Origin: an uncultured beta proteobacterium
Lineage (GTDB): Bacteria; Pseudomonadota; Gammaproteobacteria; Burkholderiales; Burkholderiaceae_F
Direction of reading: 5' to 3'
Assembly (NCBI GenBank): GCA_963775635.1
Contig: CAVZJO010000002.1
Span: forward strand, 72,339-136,338
DNA length: 64,000 nt
Part shown: positions 49,120 through 59,131 of the stretch, piece after piece
Layout of the letters: each line of letters begins with the position of its first letter
Position numbering within the stretch: the stretch's first letter is position 1
Translations under genes and position numbers: made by a program
The notes under the pieces: model-generated
Told to the model about the DNA's origin: nothing
The model's database searches: none
Seen by the model: only the letters and a program-made list of their open reading frames with translations

Positions 49120-49512
49120 TGCGTCGGAGCGCTGCCTGGTTCGAACAGCCGGTTGATCGTGGCCACCAGCTCCTGCGTGGAAAACGGCTTCGTGATGTAA
49201 AGATCGGCGCCGAGCGACAAGCCCTTGTTGACCTCGGCTTCGGTACCTTTGGCCGACAGCATCACGATCTTGATCTGAGCGAATTCGGGCCGTTCCCGCA
49301 TTCTCTGGCAGACCTCGAATCCGCTCTTGATGGGCATCATGACGTCCATCAGGACCAGGTCCGGCCGGTATGCCTCGACCTGCTCGAGCGCCTCGGCGCC
49401 GTTGGATCGCCAGGCGTACGTCATAGCCGCTCCGCTTCAGCAGGAATTCGAGCGCCGTAACGATGTTCGGCTCATCATCGACGATCAGCACTTTGCGCGT
49501 TGCTTCACTCAT
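49116..49512 (-). pseudogene. single-domain CheY-like response regulator, frame-disrupted (+1 nt near 49407)
   Basis: MSEATRKVLIVDDEPNIVTALEFLLKRSGYDVRLA (frame of 49512) continues as SNGAEALEQVEAYRPDLVLMDVMMP...MLSAKG...ITKPF (ORF 49116..49424). The span is 397 nt, which is 3n+1. Confidence 0.7.
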
Positions 49513-49581
49513 GACTGCCTCGCGTTGTCTCGTGTCGACACAGTGCTGCCACCGAGCGCTTGCCTCGCAACCGGCCGGGCG

Positions 49582-52335
49582 TCAGGCGGGTACGAGGGTC
49601 GATGCCGGGGCCAGCGGTAGTGTGAAGGAAAAGCAAGCGCCGGCGCCCGCTTCGCTTTCGACCCAGATGCGACCGCCGAAGTACTCGACGATCTGGCGGC
49701 TGATGTTCAGGCCCAGGCCCGTGCCCGGCGGCTTGGCGACCAGCGCATCTCCGGCCTGCCAGAACTTGTCGAAGATGAAGCCCTGGTCCTCGCGGCGCAC
49801 TCCGGGTCCATTGTCGCGGACGTCGATGCGCAACTCGCCGTCGAGCACACGCAGTGCCACTTCGACCCTGCCGCGGCCCTCGGGACTGAACTTCAATGCG
49901 TTCGACAGCAAGTTCATCAGCACCTGGATCAAACGGTCGACGTCGACCTCGACGGGCGGCGTGTACTCCGGCATGCGCGCCTCGAGCTGGACACCCTTTT
50001 CCTTGAACACCTGGCTCATCCTGGCCAGGCTGTCGGCCACGACGTCGCGCACGTCGACCCGCGTCATCTGCCATTCAGCACGGCCGGATGCGATCTTCGC
50101 GAGGTCAAGCACCTCGTTGATCAGCCGGGTCAGCCGCTCGGTCTCGCGGGTGATGACGCCGAGAAACTCCATGCGTTGGTCCAAGTCCACACTCGGATTG
50201 GCCAGCAGGATCTCGGAGAACGCGCGGATCGACGTCAGCGGCGTGCGCAACTCGTGCGTCACGGTCGAGATGAAGTCGTCCTTCAGGCGGTCGAGTTCCT
50301 TCAGGCGTTCATTGGCAGCTCGCAGTTCGGCGGTCGCTGCTTCCAGCTCGCGCGACTTCTGCTCCAGGCGATGGCTGTAGACCACCACCTGCGACGCTTC
50401 GTCCAGTATCGCGGTGACTTCTTCGAGCGTAAGCGCCTCTTCCTTGACCGCGGACGCGATCATGATGCGGGCCGAAGCCGAGCCGATCGCGCCGGCCAGC
50501 TGCGTTTCGACGTAATTCACAAACTCTGCGTCGGCCGTCAGTTCGTCGTTGGGCCACGACAGGCCGCGCGCGCGCGCGTAATCGGCAAAGACGGTGTCGG
50601 CAGCGGAGCTGCCGATGAACCGTGACAGCACCGCATACAACTCGCGTACCGATGCCGTGCCGCGCCAGAAGCGCGCGCCCCCCGCTTCGTGCTGGAAGGC
50701 GTCGACGAACATGCTCGCCTGCCGCCGCTCGGCTGCCGATTGCGTGCCGGCCAGTGAAACGCCAACGTACAGTCCGATGTTGGCGATCATGCTCCAGATC
50801 ATTGCGTGCGTGATCTGATCCAGACCCGTCAGTCCGAACAGGGCGAGTGGCCTGAGCAGTTCGATGCCGAACGGGCCGTGCTCCAGAAAAGAGATCGGCA
50901 ACCAGCCGGAGCGCGCCAGCGCCGGCAGCAGCAGCGTGTAGAGCCAAACGAGAAACCCCGCCACCAGTCCCGCGAGCGCGCCGCGCCGTGTCGCGCCCTT
51001 CCAGAAGATGCCTCCGAGCACGGCCGGGGCGAACTGCGCGACGGCCGCGAACGAAATCAGCCCGATCGACACCAGCGCATAGGCCTCGCCGGCCAGGCGG
51101 AAGTACAGATACCCGAGCAGCAGCACCATTACGATCGCGCCGCGCCGGATGCCGAGTATCAGGCCGGTCAGATCCGGCCGCGCGGCCAGCCGCAGCCGCT
51201 GCATGCGCAGCAGCACCGGCATCAGCAGGTCATTGCAGACCATCGTCGACAATGCAATCGTTTCGACAATAACCATTCCGGTGGCAGCCGACAGTCCGCC
51301 GATGAACACCAGCAGCGCCAGCATTTCCTGATGCTCGACCATCGGCAACGTAAGCACATAGGTATCGGCGTCGACATTCCCGCCCGGAAAATGCAGCCGG
51401 CCGCCGAATGCGATGGGCAGCACGAAGATGTTGATCGCAAGCATGTAGACGGGGAACACCCAGATCGCCTTCTTCAGGTGTCGTTCGTCGACGTTTTCGA
51501 TCACCGCGACCTGGAACTGGCGAGGCAGGAACATGATCGCCAGCATCGACAGGATGGTCAGCCAAACCCAGCTCGCATAACCGCCGGCAAACACCTCCAA
51601 TGGTGTCAGCAACTGGGCGATCTTCGGTACTGCAGCCGCACGATCGAACAGGTCGCCGAATCCGTCGTAGATCCCCCAAGTCACGAAGGCGCCAACCGCA
51701 AGAAACGCCAGCAGCTTGACCAGCGATTCGAACGCAATCGCCGCCACCATCCCCGGATGGTGTTCGGCGGCGTCCAGATGACGGGTGCCGAAGGCGATTG
51801 TGAACAGAGCCAGGATCAGCGCGACCCACAAGGCAGTGTCCTGCAGCAGCGGCGCAGCTCCCAGCTTGGCCGGCATGACGATCTCCGGATACTGCATGAT
51901 GATCGTGAAACTGTTCGAGACTGCCTTCAACTGCAGCGAGATGTACGGCACGATGCCGATCACCGCGATGATCGTGACGACGCCGCCGAGCAGCGCGCTC
52001 TTGCCGTAACGCGATGCCACGAAGTCGGCCAGCGACGTGATGCGGTTCTGCTTCGAAATGCGCAGGATCTTGCGCAGGACCAGCCACCACAGGGCGATCA
52101 TCAGCGTCGGCCCGATGTAGATCGGCAGGAACCCGACGCCGTCGCTCGCGGCGCGGCCGACGCTGCCGTAAAACGTCCACGCTGTCGCATAAACGGCCAG
52201 CGACAGACTGTAGATGTAGGGACTGGCTATGACCGGCCGGCCGCTGTCAGCGCGCTGGTCGGCGTAATAGGCGATGGCAAAGAGCAGCCCGAGGTAGGCG
52301 AACGAGGTGGCGACGATGACGCTGCCCTGGAGCAT
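49582..52335 (-). CDS. sensor histidine kinase with N-terminal sodium:solute symporter (SLC5) domain and STAC-like linker (CbrA/CrbS-type)
   Basis: 917 aa. About 500 aa of polytopic SSS-like domain, then a linker, an intact H-box STVTHELRTPLTSIRAF, and HATPase N/G boxes (LLSNALKF, DNGPGV, GTGLGLNI). There is no receiver domain. Confidence 0.8.
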   Translation of the reverse strand: MLQGSVIVATSFAYLGLLFAIAYYADQRADSGRPVIASPYIYSLSLAVYATAWTFYGSVGRAASDGVGFLPIYIGPTLMIALWWLVLRKILRISKQNRITSLADFVASRYGKSALLGGVVTIIAVIGIVPYISLQLKAVSNSFTIIMQYPEIVMPAKLGAAPLLQDTALWVALILALFTIAFGTRHLDAAEHHPGMVAAIAFESLVKLLAFLAVGAFVTWGIYDGFGDLFDRAAAVPKIAQLLTPLEVFAGGYASWVWLTILSMLAIMFLPRQFQVAVIENVDERHLKKAIWVFPVYMLAINIFVLPIAFGGRLHFPGGNVDADTYVLTLPMVEHQEMLALLVFIGGLSAATGMVIVETIALSTMVCNDLLMPVLLRMQRLRLAARPDLTGLILGIRRGAIVMVLLLGYLYFRLAGEAYALVSIGLISFAAVAQFAPAVLGGIFWKGATRRGALAGLVAGFLVWLYTLLLPALARSGWLPISFLEHGPFGIELLRPLALFGLTGLDQITHAMIWSMIANIGLYVGVSLAGTQSAAERRQASMFVDAFQHEAGGARFWRGTASVRELYAVLSRFIGSSAADTVFADYARARGLSWPNDELTADAEFVNYVETQLAGAIGSASARIMIASAVKEEALTLEEVTAILDEASQVVVYSHRLEQKSRELEAATAELRAANERLKELDRLKDDFISTVTHELRTPLTSIRAFSEILLANPSVDLDQRMEFLGVITRETERLTRLINEVLDLAKIASGRAEWQMTRVDVRDVVADSLARMSQVFKEKGVQLEARMPEYTPPVEVDVDRLIQVLMNLLSNALKFSPEGRGRVEVALRVLDGELRIDVRDNGPGVRREDQGFIFDKFWQAGDALVAKPPGTGLGLNISRQIVEYFGGRIWVESEAGAGACFSFTLPLAPASTLVPA

Positions 52336-52353
52336 GGGGCGCTAGGACCGGTT

Positions 52354-52551
52354 CTAGTCTTCGCGTTCAATCGCGTGCGCCATCAGGACGATCAGCACTG
52401 TCCAGGCGCCAAAGATCCATGCGTACAGTGCCGGAATGCCGAAGAAGGTGTCAGGGCGGTTGAACAGCGCCAGGATCGGGTAGTTGAACAGCAGACACCC
52501 CAGCATGCATAGAGCCACTAGGCGGGCGGTTCGACGTCCCGGCTTCAGCAT
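52354..52551 (-). CDS. small two-TM membrane protein (DUF3311-like) preceding the SLC5-kinase
   Basis: ATG 52549-52551 lies 6 nt after AAGGAG. 65 aa with two hydrophobic helices (LVALCMLGCLLFNYPILALF; IPALYAWIFGAWTVLIVLMA). 18 nt upstream of the kinase gene. Confidence 0.55.
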   Translation of the reverse strand: MLKPGRRTARLVALCMLGCLLFNYPILALFNRPDTFFGIPALYAWIFGAWTVLIVLMAHAIERED

Positions 52552-52640
52552 GATCGCTCCTTGGCGGGCGTCCGACGTCCCCGCGCGAGTACGGTAAGTG
52601 GCGCTGCTCGGCCCTGTCAAACCCTTTGCGGACACGACGA

Positions 52641-53090
52641 CTAGCGACGTGACGACTTCAGCAGCCGCTGTTGCTCCCGCTTCCAGTCCTTGTCCTGCTG
52701 GTCGGCGCGCTTCTCGAACTGCCGTTTACCCTTCGCGAGCCCGACCTCGAGCTTGATCCGGCCTTTCTTGAAGTGCAGATCCAGCGGGACTAGCGCGTAG
52801 CCGGCGCGCTCGACCTTGCCGATCAGCTTGCGGATCTCGGCCGCGTGCAGCAGCAGCTTGCGGGTGCGCGTCGGCTGCGGCGTGATATGGGTGGAGGCCG
52901 TCGGCAGCGGGCTGACGTGGGCGTTCAGCAGATAGAGCTCGCCCTGCCGGACCACGACATACGCCTCGTTCAGCTGCGCGCGGCCGGCACGGACGGACTT
53001 CACTTCCCAGCCTTCGAGCACGAGTCCCGCTTCGTAGCGATCCTCGATGAAGTAGTCGTGCTGAGCCTTCTTGTTCTGGGCGATGGCCAC
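52641..53090 (-). CDS. smpB: SsrA-binding protein
   Basis: 149 aa with a GTG start. [27 protein letters not shown] is canonical SmpB. Confidence 0.9.
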   Translation of the reverse strand: MAIAQNKKAQHDYFIEDRYEAGLVLEGWEVKSVRAGRAQLNEAYVVVRQGELYLLNAHVSPLPTASTHITPQPTRTRKLLLHAAEIRKLIGKVERAGYALVPLDLHFKKGRIKLEVGLAKGKRQFEKRADQQDKDWKREQQRLLKSSRR

Positions 53091-53142
53091 CGGTCGATGT
53101 CCGGACGACGTGCATAGAATGCGCGTTTATATCCCACTCGCC

Positions 53143-53580
53143 ATGCCGCGCGTCGAACGCTCAGTACTCGTCCACTACAGTGCCGAGCAGATGTTCGATC
53201 TGGTGGCGGACATCGAGGAGTATCCGAACTTCCTGCCCTGGTGCAGCGGTTCGCGCGTCGTTGCCGACGGTGGCGGTGTGGAGGCGAGCGTCGAGATCGA
53301 TTATGGCGGCATCCGCTCACGCTTCAGCACGCGCAACCACCTACGCTATCCCGAGCAGATCCGCATGGCGCTGGTGGACGGACCGTTCAAGACGCTCGAC
53401 GGCCAATGGCAGTTTCATGTACTGCGTCCCGGCGCGTGCAAGGTGCAGCTGACTCTCCATTACGCGTTTGCCAGCGGCCTGCTGGGACGGGCCGTCGCCC
53501 CGGTGTTCGATTCGATCGCGAATTCGATGATCGATTCGTTCGCGCGGCGCGCCGAAGATCTCTACGGACCGAACGAGTGA
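53143..53580 (+). CDS. ratA: SRPBCC family protein (RatA/Coq10-like)
   Basis: Start is MPRVERSVLVHYSAEQMFDLVADIEEYPNFLPWC. Conserved position, divergent from smpB and upstream of rnfH. Confidence 0.75.
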   Translation: MPRVERSVLVHYSAEQMFDLVADIEEYPNFLPWCSGSRVVADGGGVEASVEIDYGGIRSRFSTRNHLRYPEQIRMALVDGPFKTLDGQWQFHVLRPGACKVQLTLHYAFASGLLGRAVAPVFDSIANSMIDSFARRAEDLYGPNE

Positions 53581-53873
53581 TTGTTACGGTGGTCTACGCG
53601 CGGCCGGGCATGCAGCACGTGCTGACGGCCGATGTGGCGGCAGGTTCGACGGTCGAGCAGGCAATCATCGCGTCCGGACTACTGACGCTGGTTCCCGGGC
53701 TGGACCTGGCGGAAACCGGTGCCGGGATCTGGAATCACCCGGTTGCGCTTGACGCGACAGTGCATGATGGCGATCGCATCGAGGTGTATCGACCGCTGAC
53801 CATCGATCCGAAAGAGGCGCGGCGGGTGCGCGCCGAGGTCCGGCGTCGTCGCCGGCCTGCGCGCGGTGCTTAG
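53577..53873 (+). CDS. rnfH: RnfH family ubiquitin-like protein
   Basis: GTG 53577 overlaps the ratA stop as GTGA. 98 aa with the ...DGDRIEVYRPL... motif. Confidence 0.75.
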   Translation: MIVTVVYARPGMQHVLTADVAAGSTVEQAIIASGLLTLVPGLDLAETGAGIWNHPVALDATVHDGDRIEVYRPLTIDPKEARRVRAEVRRRRRPARGA

Positions 53874-54412
53874 CCGCAGGTCGACTGCACCATCTTGCGC
53901 GCCCGCTCCATTTCGTTGGCGCGCTGCGCATCGTCCAAATACTCGCGGTTGCCGGCGGCGTCGGTACGCACCACGCGCTGGCCTTCTTCCAGAGCTCGCA
54001 GGTAGCCCTTCGAGCGCTCGCAATCGGCTGCCTTCGCCGCGCTGCGCGTCTGCTCTTCCTGCGTTTTTTTCTCTGCGTCGGCGCGCTCCTGCTGGCGCTT
54101 GCGGAACTCCATCTCGCGCTCGGCCGTGCTCTTTGGCGCAGCCGGCGTCGCCGAGGCGCTGCTGTCTGAGGCCGGCTTGGTCGCTTCGCTTCCGCCGACG
54201 GCGGAAGGCGGCAGCACGGTCTGACTGCTGGCAGGCTGGCGCACGATCTTTTCCGCCTTGATGCTCGACGGTGGCGGTCGATCCGAGTACACGACTCGCC
54301 CGTTGTCGTCCTTCCATGCCCACTGCGCGGCGGCCGGCGTGGCAGCCGTCAATGCAAGCAGCGCGAGCGCGCTCAGCGCGAACCTGGACAACTTGGATAC
54401 CGCATGCCTCAT
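53870..54412 (-). CDS. DUF4124 domain-containing periplasmic protein
   Basis: Start is [11 protein letters not shown] at ATG 54410-54412. Signal peptide, then the [15 protein letters not shown] motif, then a charged low-complexity C-terminus. Confidence 0.65.
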   Translation of the reverse strand: MRHAVSKLSRFALSALALLALTAATPAAAQWAWKDDNGRVVYSDRPPPSSIKAEKIVRQPASSQTVLPPSAVGGSEATKPASDSSASATPAAPKSTAEREMEFRKRQQERADAEKKTQEEQTRSAAKAADCERSKGYLRALEEGQRVVRTDAAGNREYLDDAQRANEMERARKMVQSTCG

Positions 54413-54568
54413 AGCCCCTCCCGAGCGGGGATTTTCCAATGCTTCGCCGAGGCCGAGCAAGTCGAATGGCGGGTGAACTCACCCCCAGTTCCGGCGACAG
54501 CCCGTGCCAACCTGGAAATCGGCCGAAACTCGGATCTGTATACTCCGCTTTTGCGTCATGAGGACACT

Positions 54569-56032
54569 ATGCGGTTGGTTCAGAAGGCGCTGACCTTCGA
54601 TGACGTACTGCTCGTCCCCGCCCATTCGGCGGTACTTCCCCGGGACGTCCAGCTCTCCACCCGGCTCTCCCGCAACATCCCCCTGAATATCCCGCTGGTC
54701 TCCTCCGCGATGGACACGGTGACCGAGGCGCAGCTCGCGATTGCGCTGGCCCAAGAAGGCGGGATTGGCATCGTTCACAAGAACCTATCGCCGAAAGAGC
54801 AGGCCGCCCAGGTGGCCCGCGTCAAACGGCACGAGGCCGGCGTCCTGCGCGACCCGATCACGCTAACGCGGGACATGACGGTGCGCGACGCGATCGAACT
54901 GCAGCGCGCGCACAAGATATCGGGCCTGCCGGTCGTCGAAGGCAAGAAGGTCGTCGGCATCGTCACCAACCGCGACCTGCGCTTTGAAACGCGGCTGGAT
55001 GCACCGATCCGCGACATCATGACGCCGAGGTCGCGGCTGGTCACCGTGCGCGAGGGCGCCAGTCTCGACGAGGCCAAGGCGCTGATGCACAAGCATCGGC
55101 TCGAGCGCGTGCTGGTCATCAACGGCGACGACGAGCTGCGCGGCCTGGTGACCGTCAAGGACATCACGAAGGCGACCGAGCACCCGGATGCGGCCAAGGA
55201 CGAGCAGGGCAAGCTGCGCGTCGGCGGCGCCATCAGCACCGGTCCTGACTCGTTGGAACGCGCGGAGCTGATGGTCAAGGCCGGGGTCGACGTGCTGATC
55301 GTCGACACCGCACATGGACACCACCAGGGCGTGCTCGACCGCGTACGCTGGGTCAAGCGCAACTACCCGCAGGTCGACGTGATCGGCGGCAACGTGGCCA
55401 CCGCGGCCGCGGCGCGCGCGCTGGTCGACGCCGGAGCCGACGGTGTCAAGGTGGGCATAGGCCCGGGGTCGATCTGCACCACGCGCATCGTCGCCGGCGT
55501 CGGCGTACCGCAGATCACCGCGGTATCCAATGTCGCCGCAGCGCTGGAAGGCACCGGCATCCCGCTGGTCGCCGACGGTGGCGTGCGCTACTCGGGCGAC
55601 GTGTCAAAGGCGATTGCCGCGGGCGCATACAGCGTGATGATGGGCGGGATGTTCGCCGGTACCGAAGAAGCGCCGGGGGAGGTCATCCTGTACCAGGGGC
55701 GCTCGTACAAGAGCTACCGCGGAATGGGTAGCTTGGGCGCGATGAGCGAGGGTTCGGCCGAGCGCTACTTCCAGGACAACGACGCCAACGTCGACAAGTT
55801 TGTTCCCGAGGGCATCGAGGGCATGGTGCCTTACAAGGGGAGCGTGCTCGCCATCCTGTTCCAGCTGACCGGCGGGCTGCGCTCCAGCATGGGCTACTGC
55901 GGCTGCGCCACGATCGACGAGATGCGCGCGCGAGCGGAGTTCGTCGAGATTACGTCGGCCGGCATGCGCGAGTCGCACGTGCACGACGTGCGCATCACCA
56001 AGGAAGCACCCAACTACCGCCTTGAGACTTGA
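54569..56032 (+). CDS. guaB: IMP dehydrogenase
   Basis: Start is [21 protein letters not shown] pair, the catalytic loop [11 protein letters not shown] and the tail ...[10 protein letters not shown]. Confidence 0.9.
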   Translation: MRLVQKALTFDDVLLVPAHSAVLPRDVQLSTRLSRNIPLNIPLVSSAMDTVTEAQLAIALAQEGGIGIVHKNLSPKEQAAQVARVKRHEAGVLRDPITLTRDMTVRDAIELQRAHKISGLPVVEGKKVVGIVTNRDLRFETRLDAPIRDIMTPRSRLVTVREGASLDEAKALMHKHRLERVLVINGDDELRGLVTVKDITKATEHPDAAKDEQGKLRVGGAISTGPDSLERAELMVKAGVDVLIVDTAHGHHQGVLDRVRWVKRNYPQVDVIGGNVATAAAARALVDAGADGVKVGIGPGSICTTRIVAGVGVPQITAVSNVAAALEGTGIPLVADGGVRYSGDVSKAIAAGAYSVMMGGMFAGTEEAPGEVILYQGRSYKSYRGMGSLGAMSEGSAERYFQDNDANVDKFVPEGIEGMVPYKGSVLAILFQLTGGLRSSMGYCGCATIDEMRARAEFVEITSAGMRESHVHDVRITKEAPNYRLET

Positions 56033-56151
56033 GCGTCATCCGGTATCCGTCCCATGCGTCGCCGACCGATGATGCGACGCCTCGGGCTCCTGCGACAGCT
56101 CGACCCCGCCTGCACGACAGCGATGCCGTCAACAGCCGGCATCTTCCATCC

Positions 56152-57729
56152 ATGAAGCACGACACCATCGTCATCCTCGATTTCGGGTCGCAAGTGACAC
56201 AACTGATCGCGCGCCGCATCCGCGAGGCGAATGTCTATTGCGAGGTCCACCCGGCCGACATCGACGAAGGCCTGCTGCGATCGCTGGCTCCGAAGGGGAT
56301 CGTGCTGTCGGGCAGCCACATGTCCGCCTACGAAGAGTCGACCGACCGCGCGCCCGCCGCGGTGTTCGATCTCGGTGTGCCGGTGCTCGGCATCTGCTAC
56401 GGCATGCAGACCATGGCGCAGCAGCTCGGCGGCAAAGTCGAGGGTGGACATACGCGCGAGTTCGGCTATGCCGAGGTGCGGGCGCGCGGCCATACCCGGC
56501 TGCTGGAAGGAATCGAGGACCGCCGCAACGACCAGGGCCACGGGATACTGAACGTCTGGATGAGCCACGGCGACAAGGTGGTCGAACTGCCGCCGGGTTT
56601 CAAGCTGATGGCGTCGACCGAATCGTGTCCGATCGCGGCCATGGCCGACGAGTCCCGTCGCTTCTACGCAGTGCAGTTCCATCCGGAGGTCACCCACACG
56701 CCGCAGGGCGAGGCCATCCTGCGTCGCTTCGTGCTCGACATCTGCGGCTGCCGGCCCGACTGGGTGATGGTCGATCACGTTGGCGAGGCGGTCGCGTCGA
56801 TCCGCGCGCAGGTCGGCACCGACGAAGTGATACTCGGACTGTCGGGCGGCGTGGATTCGTCGGTCGCCGCGGCGCTGATCCACCGCGCGATCGGCAACCA
56901 GCTGACCTGCGTCTTCGTCGATACCGGTCTGCTGCGGCAGGACGAAGGTAAGCAAGTCGCGGCGACCTTCCGCCAGTACCTGGGAATGAAGCTGATTCAT
57001 GTCGACGCCTCGGCGCGCTTCATGGCGGCGCTGGCCGGGGTCGCCGATCCGGAGGAAAAGCGCAAGATCATCGGCCGCGAGTTCGTCCATGTGTTCCAGG
57101 AAGAGGCGGCCAAGCTGCAGGAGCGAGGAACAGCGGCGAAGTGGCTCGCCCAGGGGACGATCTATCCGGACGTCATCGAGTCGGCGGGCGCGAAGACCAA
57201 GAAGGCGCAGTCGATCAAGAGCCACCACAACGTTGGCGGCCTGCCCGACACACTGCACCTGAAATTGCTCGAGCCGCTGCGCGACCTGTTCAAGGACGAG
57301 GTCCGCAATCTCGGCCTTGCGCTCGACCTGCCGCGCGAGATGATCCTCCGCCATCCGTTCCCCGGCCCGGGGCTGGGCGTGCGCATCTTGGGCGAGGTCA
57401 GGGCGGAGTACGCCGACCTGCTGCGGCGCGCCGATGCCATTTTCATCGACGAACTTCGGGCTGCCGGCTGGTATGACCGCGTGAGCCAGGCGTTCGCCGT
57501 CTTTCTGCCGGTGAAGAGCGTTGGCGTGATGGGCGACGGACGTACATACGAGTGGGTCGTCAGCTTGCGCGCGGTCCAAACGACCGATTTCATGACGGCG
57601 CACTGGGCGCACCTGCCACACGAACTGCTCGGACGCGTCTCCAACCGGATCATCAACGAGGTGCGTGGCATCAACCGCGTTGTCTACGACATCAGCGGCA
57701 AGCCGCCGGCGACGATCGAGTGGGAGTAG
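56152..57729 (+). CDS. guaA: glutamine-hydrolysing GMP synthase
   Basis: Start is [14 protein letters not shown]. GATase Cys (GICYGMQ), PP-loop SGGVDSSV and the canonical end ...PPATIEWE. Confidence 0.9.
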   Translation: MKHDTIVILDFGSQVTQLIARRIREANVYCEVHPADIDEGLLRSLAPKGIVLSGSHMSAYEESTDRAPAAVFDLGVPVLGICYGMQTMAQQLGGKVEGGHTREFGYAEVRARGHTRLLEGIEDRRNDQGHGILNVWMSHGDKVVELPPGFKLMASTESCPIAAMADESRRFYAVQFHPEVTHTPQGEAILRRFVLDICGCRPDWVMVDHVGEAVASIRAQVGTDEVILGLSGGVDSSVAAALIHRAIGNQLTCVFVDTGLLRQDEGKQVAATFRQYLGMKLIHVDASARFMAALAGVADPEEKRKIIGREFVHVFQEEAAKLQERGTAAKWLAQGTIYPDVIESAGAKTKKAQSIKSHHNVGGLPDTLHLKLLEPLRDLFKDEVRNLGLALDLPREMILRHPFPGPGLGVRILGEVRAEYADLLRRADAIFIDELRAAGWYDRVSQAFAVFLPVKSVGVMGDGRTYEWVVSLRAVQTTDFMTAHWAHLPHELLGRVSNRIINEVRGINRVVYDISGKPPATIEWE

Positions 57730-57900
57730 GGGTGGCTTTCGCGGCCTGCCGATTGCTACATCGGCGACGCTACCGAGGGGGATTCGTGGCGGATGAGCCC
57801 ATACGGCAGCCGGCCGAGCGGCTTGCGGCCCTGGGTTGTACGATCTTCGCCTGATCCGGAGGCGGGCGCAGGTCCGCCGAACTTGAACCACAGAGGAAAG

Positions 57901-58200
57901 ATGAGCCACCGCATGTGCTTTCGCCACGCCGCGGCCGTCGCGCTCGTGGCCATGCTCGGCTTCGCGCTCGAGGGGGCGATGAAGGACGCGACTGCGTACG
58001 CGAACGACATCGCGAAGAAGGAGAACGAGGCCGCGCTGGAAGGCATTCGAAAATTTGGCCGCAGCGAGATCGTCACGCTGAGCGACGCGCAGAAGTCCGC
58101 GTGGAAGAAGGCAATGGTGCCGGTACACAAGGAGAACGAGTCGCGCGTGGGCAGGGACACGATCGAGGCTGTTTACAAGGCGGTGGACTTCAAGCCGTAG
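57901..58200 (+). CDS. short DctP-like fragment (signal-peptide-like N-terminus plus the C-terminal ~70 aa of a TRAP solute-binding protein)
   Basis: ATG 57901 follows GAGGAAAG. ...KDATAYANDIAKKENEAALEGIRKFG.SEIVTLSDAQKSAWKKAMVPV... resembles the last helices of DctP-family receptors. About 230 aa of the body are absent. Confidence 0.45.
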   Translation: MSHRMCFRHAAAVALVAMLGFALEGAMKDATAYANDIAKKENEAALEGIRKFGRSEIVTLSDAQKSAWKKAMVPVHKENESRVGRDTIEAVYKAVDFKP

Positions 58201-58245
58201 CGCAGCGATGCGGCTTTCGCCGCCCGGGACCCGAAGGACAACACC

Positions 58246-59100
58246 GTGACCGTCGATCTCGCGCAACTCTCACAGTGGGTCGGGCGTAGCGAGCGCCGCA
58301 TCGACCAGGTGACGCCGGTGCCCGTCGCCGCGCTCGCCGCGACACTCGACCGCGACGACCCTGCTCCACGGGACGGCGACCCGCTGCCGCCGCTCTGGCA
58401 CTGGCTGTACTTCCTGCCGCTGACGCGGCGCTCGGAAGTCGGCCCGGACGGCCACGCGCTGCGCGGCGGCTTCCTGCCGCCGGTGCCGCTGCCGCGCCGC
58501 ATGTGGGCGGGAAGCCGGATTCGCTTCCTGCATCCGCTGCGCGTCGGCGACGCAATCGAGCGCGTCTCGACGATCGAAAGTGTCGACTCGAAGCAGGGGA
58601 AGAGCGGCGAACTCGTATTCGTCGTCGTGCGCCATGAAATCTCTGCCGCCGGCGTTCCGGCGATCCACGAGTGGCACGACATCGTCTACCGGGATGCGCC
58701 GCGCGCCGACGAATCGCCGACGCCCGCAAAGCCCGCGCCGGCTGACCCGTCGTGGCGGCGCGACGTCGTGCCCGACGACGTTCTGCTGTTCCGCTACTCG
58801 GCGTTGACGTTCAACGGTCACCGCATCCACTACGACCGTCGCTACGTGACCGACGTCGAGGGCTACCCCGGTCTAGTCGTGCACGGGCCACTGCTCGCCA
58901 CGCTGCTGATCGATCTGCTGCGCGAGCATCGGCCCCAATCGGACGTCGCTGCGTTCGAGTTCCGCGCGGTGCGGCCGATCTTCGACATTGCGCCGTTCGC
59001 GGTGTGCGGACAGCCTGCAGCCGAAGGCGACACAGTGCGGCTGTGGGCGCAGGACGCGGCCGCCAGCCTCGCGATGGACGCGACCGCCACACTTCGTTGA
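58246..59100 (+). CDS. two-domain hot-dog (FAS1-like N-domain + MaoC-like) enoyl-CoA hydratase, itaconyl/mesaconyl-CoA hydratase type
   Basis: 284 aa with a GTG start. PPLWHWLYF and FRYSALTFNGHRIHYD...GYPGLVVHGPL motifs. Confidence 0.65.
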   Translation: MTVDLAQLSQWVGRSERRIDQVTPVPVAALAATLDRDDPAPRDGDPLPPLWHWLYFLPLTRRSEVGPDGHALRGGFLPPVPLPRRMWAGSRIRFLHPLRVGDAIERVSTIESVDSKQGKSGELVFVVVRHEISAAGVPAIHEWHDIVYRDAPRADESPTPAKPAPADPSWRRDVVPDDVLLFRYSALTFNGHRIHYDRRYVTDVEGYPGLVVHGPLLATLLIDLLREHRPQSDVAAFEFRAVRPIFDIAPFAVCGQPAAEGDTVRLWAQDAAASLAMDATATLR

Positions 59101-59131
59101 CCGAGCCTGTCGAGATCCGGGAGCAGATGCG

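Noticed and set aside
46975-49512. 845-aa ORF that looks like a receiver-exonuclease fusion protein.
   Set aside because: Residues ~35-130 are out-of-frame junk (Arg/Gly-rich). The proper receiver continues in ORF 49116..49424, and the exonuclease protein has its own ATG at 49119. The apparent fusion is caused by the +1 break near 49407.
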